From an uncultured Candidatus Rokubacteria bacterium (GTDB lineage Bacteria > Methylomirabilota > Methylomirabilia > Rokubacteriales > CSP1-6): a stretch of DNA of 64,000 nt. The translations under genes were made by a program, and so were the position numbers. Each line of letters opens with the position of its first letter. Within the stretch, counting starts at the first letter, position 1. This document shows, piece after piece, positions 51,540-60,770 of this stretch. Where the stretch lies: positions 64,001 to 128,000 of the forward strand of contig CAWBMV010000015.1 of NCBI GenBank assembly GCA_963789955.1, given 5' to 3'. The notes under the pieces were generated by a model. The model made no database searches, was not told the DNA's origin, and was given only the letters and a program-made list of their open reading frames with translations.

Positions 51540-53610
51540 TTACGTGCGAGGTAACGCCTTCGTGGCCATCGCCTCGTAGAGACGCTCCTGCGAGCGGAGG
51601 CGGGCTGCCTGTGCCGCACGAATACGCGCGGAGCTTCCGTCGGGCAGGATGCGCCGCGCCTTCACCGTGTCGGCGAGCTGGATCTCGAGGATCTCGCGGA
51701 CCTGGGCCTGGAGGTCGGGGTCGAGCACCGGGAAGGCGATCTCGACACGGCGGTCGAGGTTGCGCGGCATCCAGTCCGCGGAGGCCAGCAGGTATTCCGG
51801 GTCCCCAGCGTTCTCGAAGTAGAAGATCCGCGCGTGCTCGAGGAAGCGGTCGACGATCGAGATGACGCGGATGTTGTCCGAGAGCCCGGGCACCTCCGGG
51901 GCGCAGGCAGCAGATGCCGCGCACGATCAGGTCGATCCGCACGCCCGCCCCGCTGGCCTCGTACAGCTCCTCGATCAGGCGGCGATCCGCGAGCCCGTTC
52001 ATCTTCGCGATGATCCGCGCGGGCCGCCCGGCCCGGGCGTGGCTCGCCTCGCGGCGGATCCGCTCGACCAGCCCGTCGCGCAGATCGCTCGGGCGCCAGC
52101 AGGAGGTGGTGGAAGCCGTGCGGGCGCGTGTAGCCGGTCAGCAGGTTGAACAGCTCGGTCAGGTCCTCGCCGAACGACTCGCGGCTCGTGAAGAGCCCGA
52201 GGTCCTCGTAGACGCCGCCCGTCCGGACGTTGTAGTTGCCGGTGGCGAGATGGCAGTAGCGCCGGATGCCGTCGGCCTCCTGGCGCACGACGAGGCACGC
52301 CTTGCAGTGGGTCTTGAAGCCGGCGACGCCGTAGACGACGTGCGCGCCCACTTCTTCGAGCGCGCGCGCCCAGCGGATGTTCGCCTCCTCGTCGAAGCGC
52401 GCCTGCAGCTCCACGAGGACGGCGACCTCCTTGCCGTTCTCGACGGCCGTCCGCAGCGCGTGCGCGATGGGCGAGGCCGGGCTCACGCGGTAGAGCGTCA
52501 TCTTGATGGCGAGCACCTTGGGATCGACGGCGGCCTCGCGCACGAAGCGCGTGACGGCGTCGAACGTGTGGTACGGGTGGTGCACGAGGACGTCCCGCGC
52601 GCGGATCGCGCTCCAGATATCGGGCGCGCTCTCGAAGGCGGGGACGGGGTGCGGCGGCAGCGGCCGGTCCTTGAGCCGCGGCACGTCCGACCGCCGCGTA
52701 GAGCTGGAACAGATCCGAGAAGGCCGTGAAGCCCTCGCCCTCGTAGAGGTCCTCGGGCGAGAGCTCCAGCTCGTCGAGCAGCGTGCGCCAGGATGTCGGG
52801 CGGCAGATCGCGCGTCGTACTGCAGCCGCACGGCCGTGCCGAGGCGGCGCTCGCGCAGGCTCTCCTCGATGCTGGCGAGCAGATCCTCGGGACGGCCCGG
52901 CGGCTGCAGGTCCGCGTCGCGCGTGACGCGGATGGCGTGGCTCGACAGGATGTCGTACCCGTTGTAGATGCTCGGCAGGTGGAGGCGGATCACGTCCTCG
53001 AGCAGCATGAAGACGTGCTTGCCGGCGGGATCGGGCAGCGCGACGAAGCGCGGCAGCACCTGGCTCGGGATGTGGATGACCGAGAGCGCGCTGTGCGGCA
53101 GCGCCGAGGGCGCCGACGGCCGGATGGAGGCCACGAGGCAGAGCGAGCGGTTGCCGAGGTACGGGAACGGGATGCCCGGGGTCGACGGCCAGCGGCGTCA
53201 GCACGGGCAGGAGCGTGCGGCGGAAGTACTCCTCGAGGAAGCGCTGCTGCTCCTCGCTGGTCTCCTTGGGGCGGAGCAGGAGGATGCCCTCGGCGGCGAG
53301 CAGCGGCTGGATCTCCTCGAGGAAGCAGCGGTGCTGCTCGTCGACCAGCTCGTGGACGCGCGCGGCCACGGCGGCCATGCGTCTCCGCGGGCGTGAGCCC
53401 GTCGGGCCCCGCCGCCTGGTCGCCCGAGCTGATGCGCCGCTTCAGCGTCGCCACGCGCACCATGAAGAACTCGTCCAGGTTCGAGCTGAAGATGGCGAGG
53501 AACTTCACGCGCTCGAGCAGCGGCACGCTCGGGTCCTGCGCCTCCTCGAGCACGCGCCGGTTGAATTCGAGCCACGACAGCTCGCGATTGACGAACGCGT
53601 CCGTGTCCAT
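51540..53610 (-). CDS. ppk1: Polyphosphate kinase 1, frameshifted
   Basis: [90 protein letters not shown]. Confidence 0.93.
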
Positions 53611-53611
53611 G

Positions 53612-54538
53612 TCAGCCTCGACCGTTGAACGTTTCGTGAAGGAGCAGGCCGTCGCGCACGCCGCGCGTACAGACCGACGAGCGTCAGGTAGCCGCCGAAG
53701 ACCATGGCCTCCTCGATCACGATGGCCCCGGCCAGGATGATGTCGGCGCGCTCGGCCTTGAGCCCGCGGATCTTCCGGCGCTTCCGCTGGGAGAGGCTCT
53801 TCCAGGCGCTCGCGGATCGCCGTGACGTCGGACTGCAGCAGCCGCAGCCCGTGGCGGTGCTTGCGCTCCCCGCGGTGCGCCCGGAGGTGAATGCTGGCCA
53901 GCGTGCGGACGGTGCCGCCCATGCCCACCATGACCTCGCCGCGGCCGGCCGGCGGCAGGACGCCCAGGAGCTGCTCGCGGACCTCGCGTGCGCAGGGCCT
54001 GCAGCTCGCGCGGCTTGGGCCGGTTCGTGGCGCAGGAAGCGGCTGGTGGTCCGCACCGCGCCGAGCGGAAGGCTCGCGATGGAGACGACCTTGCGGTCCC
54101 GCACCCGGCTGAGCTGCAGGCTCGCGCCGCCCAGGTCCGCGACGACGCCGTCCCTGAAGGGCAGGCTCTCGAGCGCGGCGTAGACGCCGAAGCCGCGCCT
54201 CGTCCCGCGCGCTCAGGACCTGCACGTCGATGCCCTCCTTGCGGCGAAGCGGCTCGAGCAGCCGCTCGCGGTTGCGCGGCGTCCCGGACGGCCGACGTCG
54301 CCACCGCGACGACGCGCGGGCCCCAGCCGTTCGGGGAGTACCGCGAGAAGAAGCTGGTGCACGGCCCGGAGCGTCTCGTCGATGGCCTCGCGGGCAGGAT
54401 GCCGGGCGGCCCGCCGCCCAGCCGGGTCGGCACTCGCTCTTCGACCAGCACGCGGTAGCCGGAGTTCGGGCGATCCGTGGCGAGCAGGAAGCGGACGGCC
54501 GTCGAGCCCAGGTCGACGACCGCGACCAGCTCCGCCAT
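53612..54538 (-). CDS. ppx: Ppx/GppA exopolyphosphatase (short form), frameshifted
   Basis: [63 protein letters not shown]. Confidence 0.88.
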
Positions 54539-54570
54539 CCTGGGCGGGCTTCCGCCGCCGTCGCATCGGG

Positions 54571-55064
54571 TCAGTCGCCCGCGAGCGCCCGCAGGACCTG
54601 CGGTTTGAGGAACCAGCAGAGCCGCCCGCCGGCGGCGGGCCCATCGGGCAGATCCACGAGGGCCGCGCCGCCCTTCTTGAACGCGAGCCGCTCGCCGTGC
54701 GAGGCGCCGAGCAGGCGCGCGAGGAGCGCCCGAGGAGCGGCTCGTGGCCGACGAGCGCAATGTCGCGCCGGGCGGATGCGTCTCCGAGCGCGGCCACGAT
54801 TCCGTCGACGCTCTCGTGGGCGAGCGCTGGCTCGATCGCGGGCTCGATCTGCTTGAAGGCGTGCGCGGCGATCTCGGCGGTCGGCCGCGCGCGGGGCAGC
54901 GGGCTCGTCAGCAGCACGTCGGGCCGACGAGCGACCCGCGCGAGCCCCCGCGCGGCCACGCGGAACTTGGCCTTGCCCTGGGGCGTGAGAGGACGCTCGT
55001 CGTCGGGGACGCCGGGCGTGCCTCTGGGCACGGCGGTGGCGTGGCGGACGAGCAGGAGCTTCAT
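54571..55064 (-). CDS. sixA: Phosphohistidine phosphatase SixA-like, frameshifted
   Basis: MKLLLVRHA, DDERPLT, TSPLPRA..TA, ALVGHEP, FKKGG. Confidence 0.85.
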
Positions 55065-55384
55065 CGCCCGAACGCTATCTGCGCCGTCCGGTCCCACCGC
55101 GTCGGGGCCTCCTGGTCACAGCGATTTGCGTAGGCGCGCGCGGCGTCGTTCGCATCGTCGAACTCCACGACGACCTCGACGTAGGTATTGAAGTCAGGGT
55201 CGGAGCGCCGGACCCGGAGCTTGGCGCCCTCGGGCTCGGCGCCGACCGTGTGACGAAGGAGGTCGATGAAGCGCGGCACTGCCAAAACGCACGCCGCCGT
55301 AGTCGACGTCGCTCGCGGCGGCCGTACTTCGCCGGAGGGAGCAGTTCCCAGAGCGATGAGGTCAAAAGCCATCTTCTCTTGCAT
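55061..55384 (-). CDS. Hypothetical protein
   Basis: 107-aa ORF overlapping the sixA start; FIDLLR..GAEPEGAKL..DFNTYVEVVVEFDD is protein-like. Confidence 0.55.
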   Translation of the reverse strand: MQEKMAFDLIALGTAPSGEVRPPRATSTTAACVLAVPRFIDLLRHTVGAEPEGAKLRVRRSDPDFNTYVEVVVEFDDANDAARAYANRCDQEAPTRWDRTAQIAFGR

Positions 55385-55415
55385 CCTCTCTTCTGACGAG
55401 ATCTGTGATGTCAGT

Positions 55416-55895
55416 TCAGCCGACCACGGAGGTTATGAAGGATTTCGCCGCCCCTACGTCACGCGGAGCCTGCCGCACCGCCCCTTCGAACTCACGGAGC
55501 GCCTCCCACCAGCGTCCCTGACGGATGTAGATCCGGCCCAGATTCAGGAAGGGGAACTGTCGCGGCTCGTAGCGTTTGGCCTGCTTGGCCTTTTCAAGCC
55601 ATGAGATTGACTCGTCGAGCTTGTCCTGCTGCATCAAGTAGACCCCGATGTCGTTGTACGGATTGCCGAACTCGGCGTCGATCTCGATCGCGCGAAGGCA
55701 CTCCGCCGTGGCCTCCTCCAGGTGGCCCTGGAAGCTCATCGCCCACCCCAAGAAGGTATGTGCCTCTGCCGTCGGATACAGCTCGATCGACTGGCGATAG
55801 AGCTCGATCGCTCGATCCACATTTCCCCCTGTCTGGTAGCGGTAGCCTTGCCGCCAGAGTTCCGTCGCTCGCCTCAGAGTCTGTCGGTCTTCCAC
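55416..55895 (-). CDS. Tetratricopeptide repeat protein
   Basis: GGAGG upstream; AIELYRQSI..PTAEAHTFLGWA..AIEID..FGNPYNDIGVYL..FPFLNLGRIY. Confidence 0.85.
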   Translation of the reverse strand: MEDRQTLRRATELWRQGYRYQTGGNVDRAIELYRQSIELYPTAEAHTFLGWAMSFQGHLEEATAECLRAIEIDAEFGNPYNDIGVYLMQQDKLDESISWLEKAKQAKRYEPRQFPFLNLGRIYIRQGRWWEALREFEGAVRQAPRDVGAAKSFITSVVG

Positions 55896-56072
55896 TTCTC
55901 CACCTCCTGGTGCCCACGCGCATCGGCCCCTCCTCGTTCTGCGCGAGCTCTTGCGCGAGCGGTGAAAGAGGAGACGTCGTCACGCCCGCTCGCGGCGCTC
56001 GTCGAAGCCAGACATCGGGCCGCTTCTGTACGCCAACTGCGGGAGCTGACGGTGGCCGCGGGTTCAACTGCC

Positions 56073-56312
56073 CTAGCCTTGAACGCTCGGGAAGCCGCAG
56101 CGAGGAGTACATGTCCAGCGGACGACCCTCAAGGCTCCGGGTCTGAGTTGAGTCCGACTCGAAGAGCACGCGACCGATCGCTGGAGCGCTCGCGTCCAGG
56201 GACTGGAGCGCATCCGTCCGGGGTCGAGCCGAGCGCTGCCGTGGATGACGAACGGCCGTCCTCGAGCCTCGCGAGAGGGACTGAGAAGCACTCTGGCTTT
56301 GTGTTCGGGCAT
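56073..56312 (-). CDS. Possible small protein or degenerate paralog of the RHH-like ORF at 57376
   Basis: GGAGG RBS; N-terminus MPEHKARVLLS resembles MLENRTRLLLILS; the remainder is not convincing. Confidence 0.3.
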   Translation of the reverse strand: MPEHKARVLLSPSREARGRPFVIHGSARLDPGRMRSSPWTRALQRSVACSSSRTQLRPGALRVVRWTCTPRCGFPSVQG

Positions 56313-56358
56313 CGCGACCTCCTGCCGCTCCGCGGTGACTCCCGGAACTGCTGGTCTT

Positions 56359-56410
56359 AGTTTATATATCTTTTAGTTGTTATATAACTTATATCGTGAT
56401 ATAAGTTAAG
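56359..56410. promoter_or_regulatory. AT-rich operator/promoter region with overlapping palindromes upstream of hsp20
   Basis: GTTATATAAC (56379-56388) and TAACTTATATC-GT-GATATAAGTTA (56385-56408) in an otherwise very GC-rich sequence. Confidence 0.72.
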
Positions 56411-56548
56411 TCAAGCGGGATGTAGCAGAGGAAACGAGTGCATCGCTCAGCAGAGAGGTTGCAGGAGCGATGCGAGGGTGCTCCGGCTAAGAAGTCAGAA
56501 CCCAAAGACAACAAGAACCAAACGACGTACGACCCAAGGGAGAGCACG

Positions 56549-56998
56549 ATGAGCACCATGCTTCGGTGGTCCCCAACCAGGAAATTCCACTTCCATCATG
56601 ATGCCGATGATCTGTTCTTGAGGTTCTTCGAGGGTGTCACGGCGAATGAAACCGTTCAGCGTCCTGCTTCGTGGCTCCCGGCCGCGGAGGGGCGGATCGA
56701 AGACGGCACGTATGTCGTCCAGCTCGCCCTACCAGGTGTGGACCCGAAGGACGTTGCGGTGTCCTTGATGGACAACGTCCTCACGGTCGAAGGCGAGCGC
56801 AAGCCCGGCCCCGACACCATGGACAAGGATTACTTCGTCCGCGAGGTCGCGTATGGCGGGTTCGAACGGAGCTTCGCGCTCCCCGAGGGCGTCGATGCCA
56901 CCCAAGTTGAGGCGAAGTACGCGAACGGCATGCTCGAGGTGAGGATCCCTGCGCCCCGAGTGGCAATGCCGACAACGATCGAAGTCAAGGCCGCCTGA
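56549..56998 (+). CDS. Small heat-shock protein Hsp20/alpha-crystallin
   Basis: GGGGAG RBS; WLPAAE..LPGVDPKDV.V....NVLTVEGER..REVAYGGFERSFALPEGVD...EAKYANGMLEVRIP. Confidence 0.93.
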   Translation: MSTMLRWSPTRKFHFHHDADDLFLRFFEGVTANETVQRPASWLPAAEGRIEDGTYVVQLALPGVDPKDVAVSLMDNVLTVEGERKPGPDTMDKDYFVREVAYGGFERSFALPEGVDATQVEAKYANGMLEVRIPAPRVAMPTTIEVKAA

Positions 56999-57152
56999 TT
57001 CGAGGGTGCCCAGGGGGCCGGGCCGTGCCGGTTTCGACGAGGACGCGCCCGGTCCTTGCGGCCCCGCGGCCGCATCGAGTCGGAACGTCGTGTCGCCGTG
57101 TTCGAGGTGGTCGTGAACTGCGCAACGTGAACTGCCTAAGAGGGTTTTTCGC

Positions 57153-57335
57153 ATGACCAGAGAACTTAGGTGCGCCGATCTGATACCCGGCTGCGACTTC
57201 GTGGCTCAGGGCACGTGTGACAGCGACGTGATGAGGAAGGCCGCCGAACATGCCAAGCGCGCTCACAGGATGATCGCGATTGCGATGGAGATCGAAAGGA
57301 AGGCGCGAGCGGCGATCCGGGATGCCGCGGCCTAG
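57153..57335 (+). CDS. DUF1059 small metal-binding protein
   Basis: LRCADLIPGCDFVAQG...DVMRKAAEHAKRAH..KARAAIRD. Confidence 0.82.
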   Translation: MTRELRCADLIPGCDFVAQGTCDSDVMRKAAEHAKRAHRMIAIAMEIERKARAAIRDAAA

Positions 57336-57375
57336 CTGGCTGCCGGAGGTGAGTGCCCTGAGACAAGACAGCGGA

Positions 57376-57636
57376 ATGCTCGAGAACAGGACAAGGCTAC
57401 TTCTCATTCTTTCGCAGGACCTGCTGGATCAGGCTCGTGTCATCGCGGGCAGAGCGACGACCGCGCTCAAGCTGCCAGTGAGCCTCCAGATCGTCCTTCG
57501 TGCGCTGATCTCGGTGGGGCTGAAGCGCCAAAGCCACGCCGAGCTCTTTGCCAGCATCGAGAGCCAGGCCAGAGCTGTTCGCCAGAAGCGGAGCAGAGTG
57601 CGCGGCGCGGGTGAAGGCCGGCCGCTGCGGTCTTGA
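57376..57636 (+). CDS. Small hypothetical protein, possible ribbon-helix-helix DNA-binding fold
   Basis: RTRLLLILSQDLLDQARV...VSLQIVLRALISVGLKR shows a strand-helix-helix pattern with a basic tail. Confidence 0.55.
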   Translation: MLENRTRLLLILSQDLLDQARVIAGRATTALKLPVSLQIVLRALISVGLKRQSHAELFASIESQARAVRQKRSRVRGAGEGRPLRS

Positions 57637-57679
57637 AGTCACCAGGTGGAAAGACGACCGGAGGAGGAGTGTAGCGACG

Positions 57680-57904
57680 ATGTGGAAATGTACAGGGCCG
57701 ATAGTCTTGGCCACGGCGGTGGCAGTGTTGACCCTCGGTTGCGTGCGAGGGCTTGGGTCGCCGACAGCACCGGCGGCGGATCTGATCTACATGGCGAAGC
57801 CGATGTCGGCGCCGGCGGGGATCATTTCGAGCGAGACCACGGTTCTGTGGCGCGACATCGGCATCTACGACGTCAATGGGCCGCTGCGGATCGATTGGCG
57901 GTAG
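57680..57904 (+). CDS. Small putative lipoprotein
   Basis: GGAGGAGGAG RBS; IVLATAVAVLTLG-C lipobox. Confidence 0.55.
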   Translation: MWKCTGPIVLATAVAVLTLGCVRGLGSPTAPAADLIYMAKPMSAPAGIISSETTVLWRDIGIYDVNGPLRIDWR

Positions 57905-57921
57905 AAAGGCGGGTACGCTCC

Positions 57922-58197
57922 ATGTTCGAACACATCATACAGATCGGTCCAATGCTCGTTCTTGCCGGCCTCATGGCAGGGTGGGTAGCTGAGGCCGCCT
58001 CACGTGCGGGAGGCTATGGGTTCATCCTCGACATGGTGGTCGGTCTCGTCGGGAGCGTCGTCGCAGGCGCGATCGTCTGGGCTTTGACCTCGAGCAACAC
58101 GGGGATGCTGGCGATGTTGCTGATCGGATGCGGCGGCGCAGCGCTCGCGATCGCTGCTCAGCGAGGGCTGTGGCGCTCCGCCCTTCTCGGAACATGA
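57922..58197 (+). CDS. GlsB/YeaQ/YmgE-family stress membrane protein
   Basis: LAGLMAGWVA..GGYGFILDMVVGLVGSVVAG, three hydrophobic helices. Confidence 0.8.
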   Translation: MFEHIIQIGPMLVLAGLMAGWVAEAASRAGGYGFILDMVVGLVGSVVAGAIVWALTSSNTGMLAMLLIGCGGAALAIAAQRGLWRSALLGT

Positions 58198-58217
58198 ACA
58201 GGTAGGAAACAACGCAA

Positions 58218-58249
58218 CTGGGGGTTACGGCGAAACCCGTAACCCCTGG
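58218..58249. terminator. Hairpin between convergent units (probable bidirectional terminator)
   Basis: GGGGTTACGG-CGAAAC-CCGTAACCCC perfect 10-bp stem (58221-58246). Confidence 0.68.
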
Positions 58250-58258
58250 GCTCGAGGC

Positions 58259-58459
58259 TCAGGCGTGTTCCTCGTAGGAGCGGCTCGTGCCGAGCTTGAC
58301 CCACGCCTTCGCGTTGAAGTTGTACTGGTAGATGTTCCCTTCTTTGTCGAGAGCGAAAAGGTCGTTTTGCGAGGCGCAGATTTGGATGAACTGCGTCGGC
58401 GCTTCGCTGGCGGTTCCGAGCCGCTGTGAATCGTTGTCACGGTGTTTAGTGGTGTTCAT
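58259..58459 (-). CDS. Small hypothetical protein (66 aa)
   Basis: GAGG RBS; FIQICASQNDLFALDKEGNIYQYNFNAKAWVKL resembles a single beta-propeller blade. Confidence 0.62.
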   Translation of the reverse strand: MNTTKHRDNDSQRLGTASEAPTQFIQICASQNDLFALDKEGNIYQYNFNAKAWVKLGTSRSYEEHA

Positions 58460-58530
58460 CAACGCCTCTTTCAATGGCGGCGTCCCGTCGGGCTCCCGCC
58501 GCATTCTCCCGAGTTGCTGGCGCTGGTCGA

Positions 58531-58775
58531 TCAGCTTTCGCCGCCGTCGTCCGTGTACGGATCACGCTCGAGGCTGCTGAACGCGCGATCCCCGCGCGAC
58601 TCCCCGTCGATCGTGATGAACACCAGGGCTCGCGCCGCCGCCGCTGATTCACCCAGATGGCGCGCGCCACGGATCCCGTGGCGGGGTTGACTCCGTGCCG
58701 CACGCCATCCACCGTCGAGGCTCGGAAGGCCGAGTCGGAGGTGGCTCCGAGGAGCCACCTCGGGGGACTCGTCAT
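58531..58775 (-). CDS. Small hypothetical protein (probable frameshift near 58635)
   Basis: ATG overlaps the upstream stop (ATGA); MTSPPRWLLGATS..RAIWVN, then LVFITIDGE..ERDPYTDDGGES in the adjacent frame. Confidence 0.45.
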
Positions 58776-59596
58776 TTACCCACGCCGATCGAGACGGGGA
58801 AGTTGACCGTCTCCTCACGGTAGGGCGAAGGGATATACGCGAACTCCAGGCGAATCTCTTTCAGATTCTTCGGCTTCAGGGCCTCGGCGGGGAACTCCAG
58901 ATCCAAGGACTGGACGGCCTCCTGCCCGGGATCGAGGCGCTCGCTGCTGCCGTAGTTGGCGAACTTGAAGGTCGGCTCGGTCCGCGCGTTCTCGAGAACC
59001 ATGGGCTTCCCCTGGCTATCGATATAGAGCAGCTTGCCCTCGAGGAGCCTCACCGTCTGGTTGGCCGATGTGTTCTTCAGCCTGAGCATTCCGGTGAGCT
59101 TCGCCGCGGTGACAATGCGGTCGGAGCCTTTCTCGACTCGCTCCGCGATCTTCAGCTCGGTGACTTCGCCCATGACGATCCCGGCTTTCACTTTCACCGA
59201 CGCCGGCGTGACCGCATACGTCTTTTCCTCGATCGCCGCGGCCACTGCCGCCGGCTGCTGCACGGGACCGAAGATCATCCAACCCATGAGGGCCACGATC
59301 GCGGCGCCGAGCCCCCAGCGCCAGAAGGCATCCTTCTTCTCGATCGGACGCTCCGTCACCCAGAACTTGCGTTGAACGCCGATCGGGATGACGGCGAGGA
59401 TGAACGCGACGACGCCCGTCGCGACGATCCCCGCGCTCGGGTAGAACCCCAGGGAGTGGAGCAGCCAGCTCCCCCCGATGCTTCCGACGAGGCCGAGGGT
59501 GATGTCCCATCTCAGCCCGAAACCTCCGCGCTTCAACGCCCACCCGGCCAGCAAGCCAGCCGATACTCCCGCGAGAATCCACGTCAAGAACGTCAT
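58772..59596 (-). CDS. GlsB/YeaQ/YmgE-family membrane protein fused to a beta-rich extracytoplasmic domain
   Basis: AGGAG RBS; WILAGVSAGLLAGW..GGFGLRWDITLGLVGSIGG, a further TM helix, then about 150 aa soluble domain. Confidence 0.78.
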   Translation of the reverse strand: MTFLTWILAGVSAGLLAGWALKRGGFGLRWDITLGLVGSIGGSWLLHSLGFYPSAGIVATGVVAFILAVIPIGVQRKFWVTERPIEKKDAFWRWGLGAAIVALMGWMIFGPVQQPAAVAAAIEEKTYAVTPASVKVKAGIVMGEVTELKIAERVEKGSDRIVTAAKLTGMLRLKNTSANQTVRLLEGKLLYIDSQGKPMVLENARTEPTFKFANYGSSERLDPGQEAVQSLDLEFPAEALKPKNLKEIRLEFAYIPSPYREETVNFPVSIGVGK

Positions 59597-59633
59597 GACT
59601 CTTTCTCCTTCATCTGGTTGCAGCTCGATCGCA

Positions 59634-60698
59634 TCACTTGCTCAGCATCGTCGCACGCGTCGCGCCCCTTCGCGATTTGCCTCCAATAGACGGACCACGC
59701 CCGAGCCGCTTCCGGGCCGGAGCGGCCGTCGGCTTGTCGCCGTCTTGTCGCACCAGGAGGGCCGCGAGCATTTCGATGGCCCGCTGGTCGAGGGCTCGGT
59801 CGTCGATCATGACTTCCGCCGTCGAGCCCGCGAGCGCCCGGACGCGCTCGGCCGCCGCGGTGGAGCAGACGATGACGTCGGCCCGCCGCACCAGACGGCC
59901 CAGCTCGGCCCCCTCGGCGGGGCAGACTCCGACCAGCGTGATGTTCGGCAGGCCGGCGTTCGCGATCGAGTGTTCGAGATTGTGGGCCGTCTCGACGGTC
60001 GTCGAGGCGACGCCGACCCGCGTTCCCGACGGAAACTGGGCCAGTCGCTGGAGGGTCTCCAGATGCGCCTCGGCGAGCAGCGCGATCACCGGCACGTCCT
60101 TACCCTTGAGGATGTGCTCCACCTGCGGGAGATGACAGAAGCTCGTGACCGCCGCACGCCAGCGACCGGCTTGCTTCTGACGCCGAGTGACCGCCACCAG
60201 CTCCGCGAGGAGCACCTTGTCGACGCGCACCGGCAGGTGGGCCTCGAGTTGCCGGGCAAAGAACTCGAGCTCTGGAGGGCTGCACTCTACCAGCAGGACC
60301 TCGACGGTCCCGCGAACGGCGACGGGTCGGGCCCCGGCCAAGCTCAGAACACCCACCGACAGGTCCTCGACGGTCAGCCCGAGGGCCGCTGCGCGGATCA
60401 CCGTATCGCGCAGGAAGCTCTCACGGAGGTGCGGGACGGGTCGGGCGGGTGGCGCCGGGGCCACGAAGACGCCTTTCCCGCGGCGCGCCTCGACATATCC
60501 ACTCCGCTTCAGATCGTCGATGACGCGGGCGACCGTATTCGGGTTGACGCCGAGGAAGCCGGCCAGCTCCCGGATGCTGGGCAGCGCCTGCTCGGGCGGG
60601 ACGCCGCCGGCCTCGATGACGTGACGGAGCTGCTCCATCAGTTGACGCCGGATCGGGATCGGACTGTGCCCGTCGACCTTGAGGTTGATCGCTTCCAT
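59634..60698 (-). CDS. GntR-family regulator (YtrA/PlmA-like wHTH) with a long C-terminal domain
   Basis: SPIPIRRQL...LPSIRELAGFLGVNPNTVAR...L...GYVEARRGKGVFV; C-terminal alpha/beta domain (VLLVECS, AVTSFCH). Confidence 0.88.
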   Translation of the reverse strand: MEAINLKVDGHSPIPIRRQLMEQLRHVIEAGGVPPEQALPSIRELAGFLGVNPNTVARVIDDLKRSGYVEARRGKGVFVAPAPPARPVPHLRESFLRDTVIRAAALGLTVEDLSVGVLSLAGARPVAVRGTVEVLLVECSPPELEFFARQLEAHLPVRVDKVLLAELVAVTRRQKQAGRWRAAVTSFCHLPQVEHILKGKDVPVIALLAEAHLETLQRLAQFPSGTRVGVASTTVETAHNLEHSIANAGLPNITLVGVCPAEGAELGRLVRRADVIVCSTAAAERVRALAGSTAEVMIDDRALDQRAIEMLAALLVRQDGDKPTAAPARKRLGRGPSIGGKSRRGATRATMLSK

Positions 60699-60700
60699 AA

Positions 60701-60739
60701 CTGTATCGCTATACTAGTACACCAATCCAATGGCGTCAA
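60701..60739 (-). promoter_or_regulatory. gntR promoter with overlapping operator-like box
   Basis: Minus strand TTGACG-17-TAGTAT; box CTGTATCGCTATACTAGTACAC (60701-60722) covers the -10 and ends 2 nt from the start codon. Confidence 0.75.
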
Positions 60740-60770
60740 TACAGACGTTCCGCGGTTGATCGCGTGGCGC

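Noticed and set aside
56040..56080. tRNA T-arm-like GGGTTCAACTGCCC (possible att remnant)
   Set aside because: No cloverleaf or acceptor stem, no second copy and no integrase seen
56140..56165. HAIR-like TTGAGT-CCG-ACTCGA
   Set aside because: Spacer is 3 nt rather than 7 and the site is about 390 bp from the hsp20 start
56410..56549. ROSE/fourU RNA thermometer in the hsp20 leader
   Set aside because: The leader is A/C-rich and I see no hairpin pairing with the RBS
57112..57135. 10-bp direct repeat CGTGAACTGC upstream of DUF1059
   Set aside because: Single pair with no further copies noticed; could be chance
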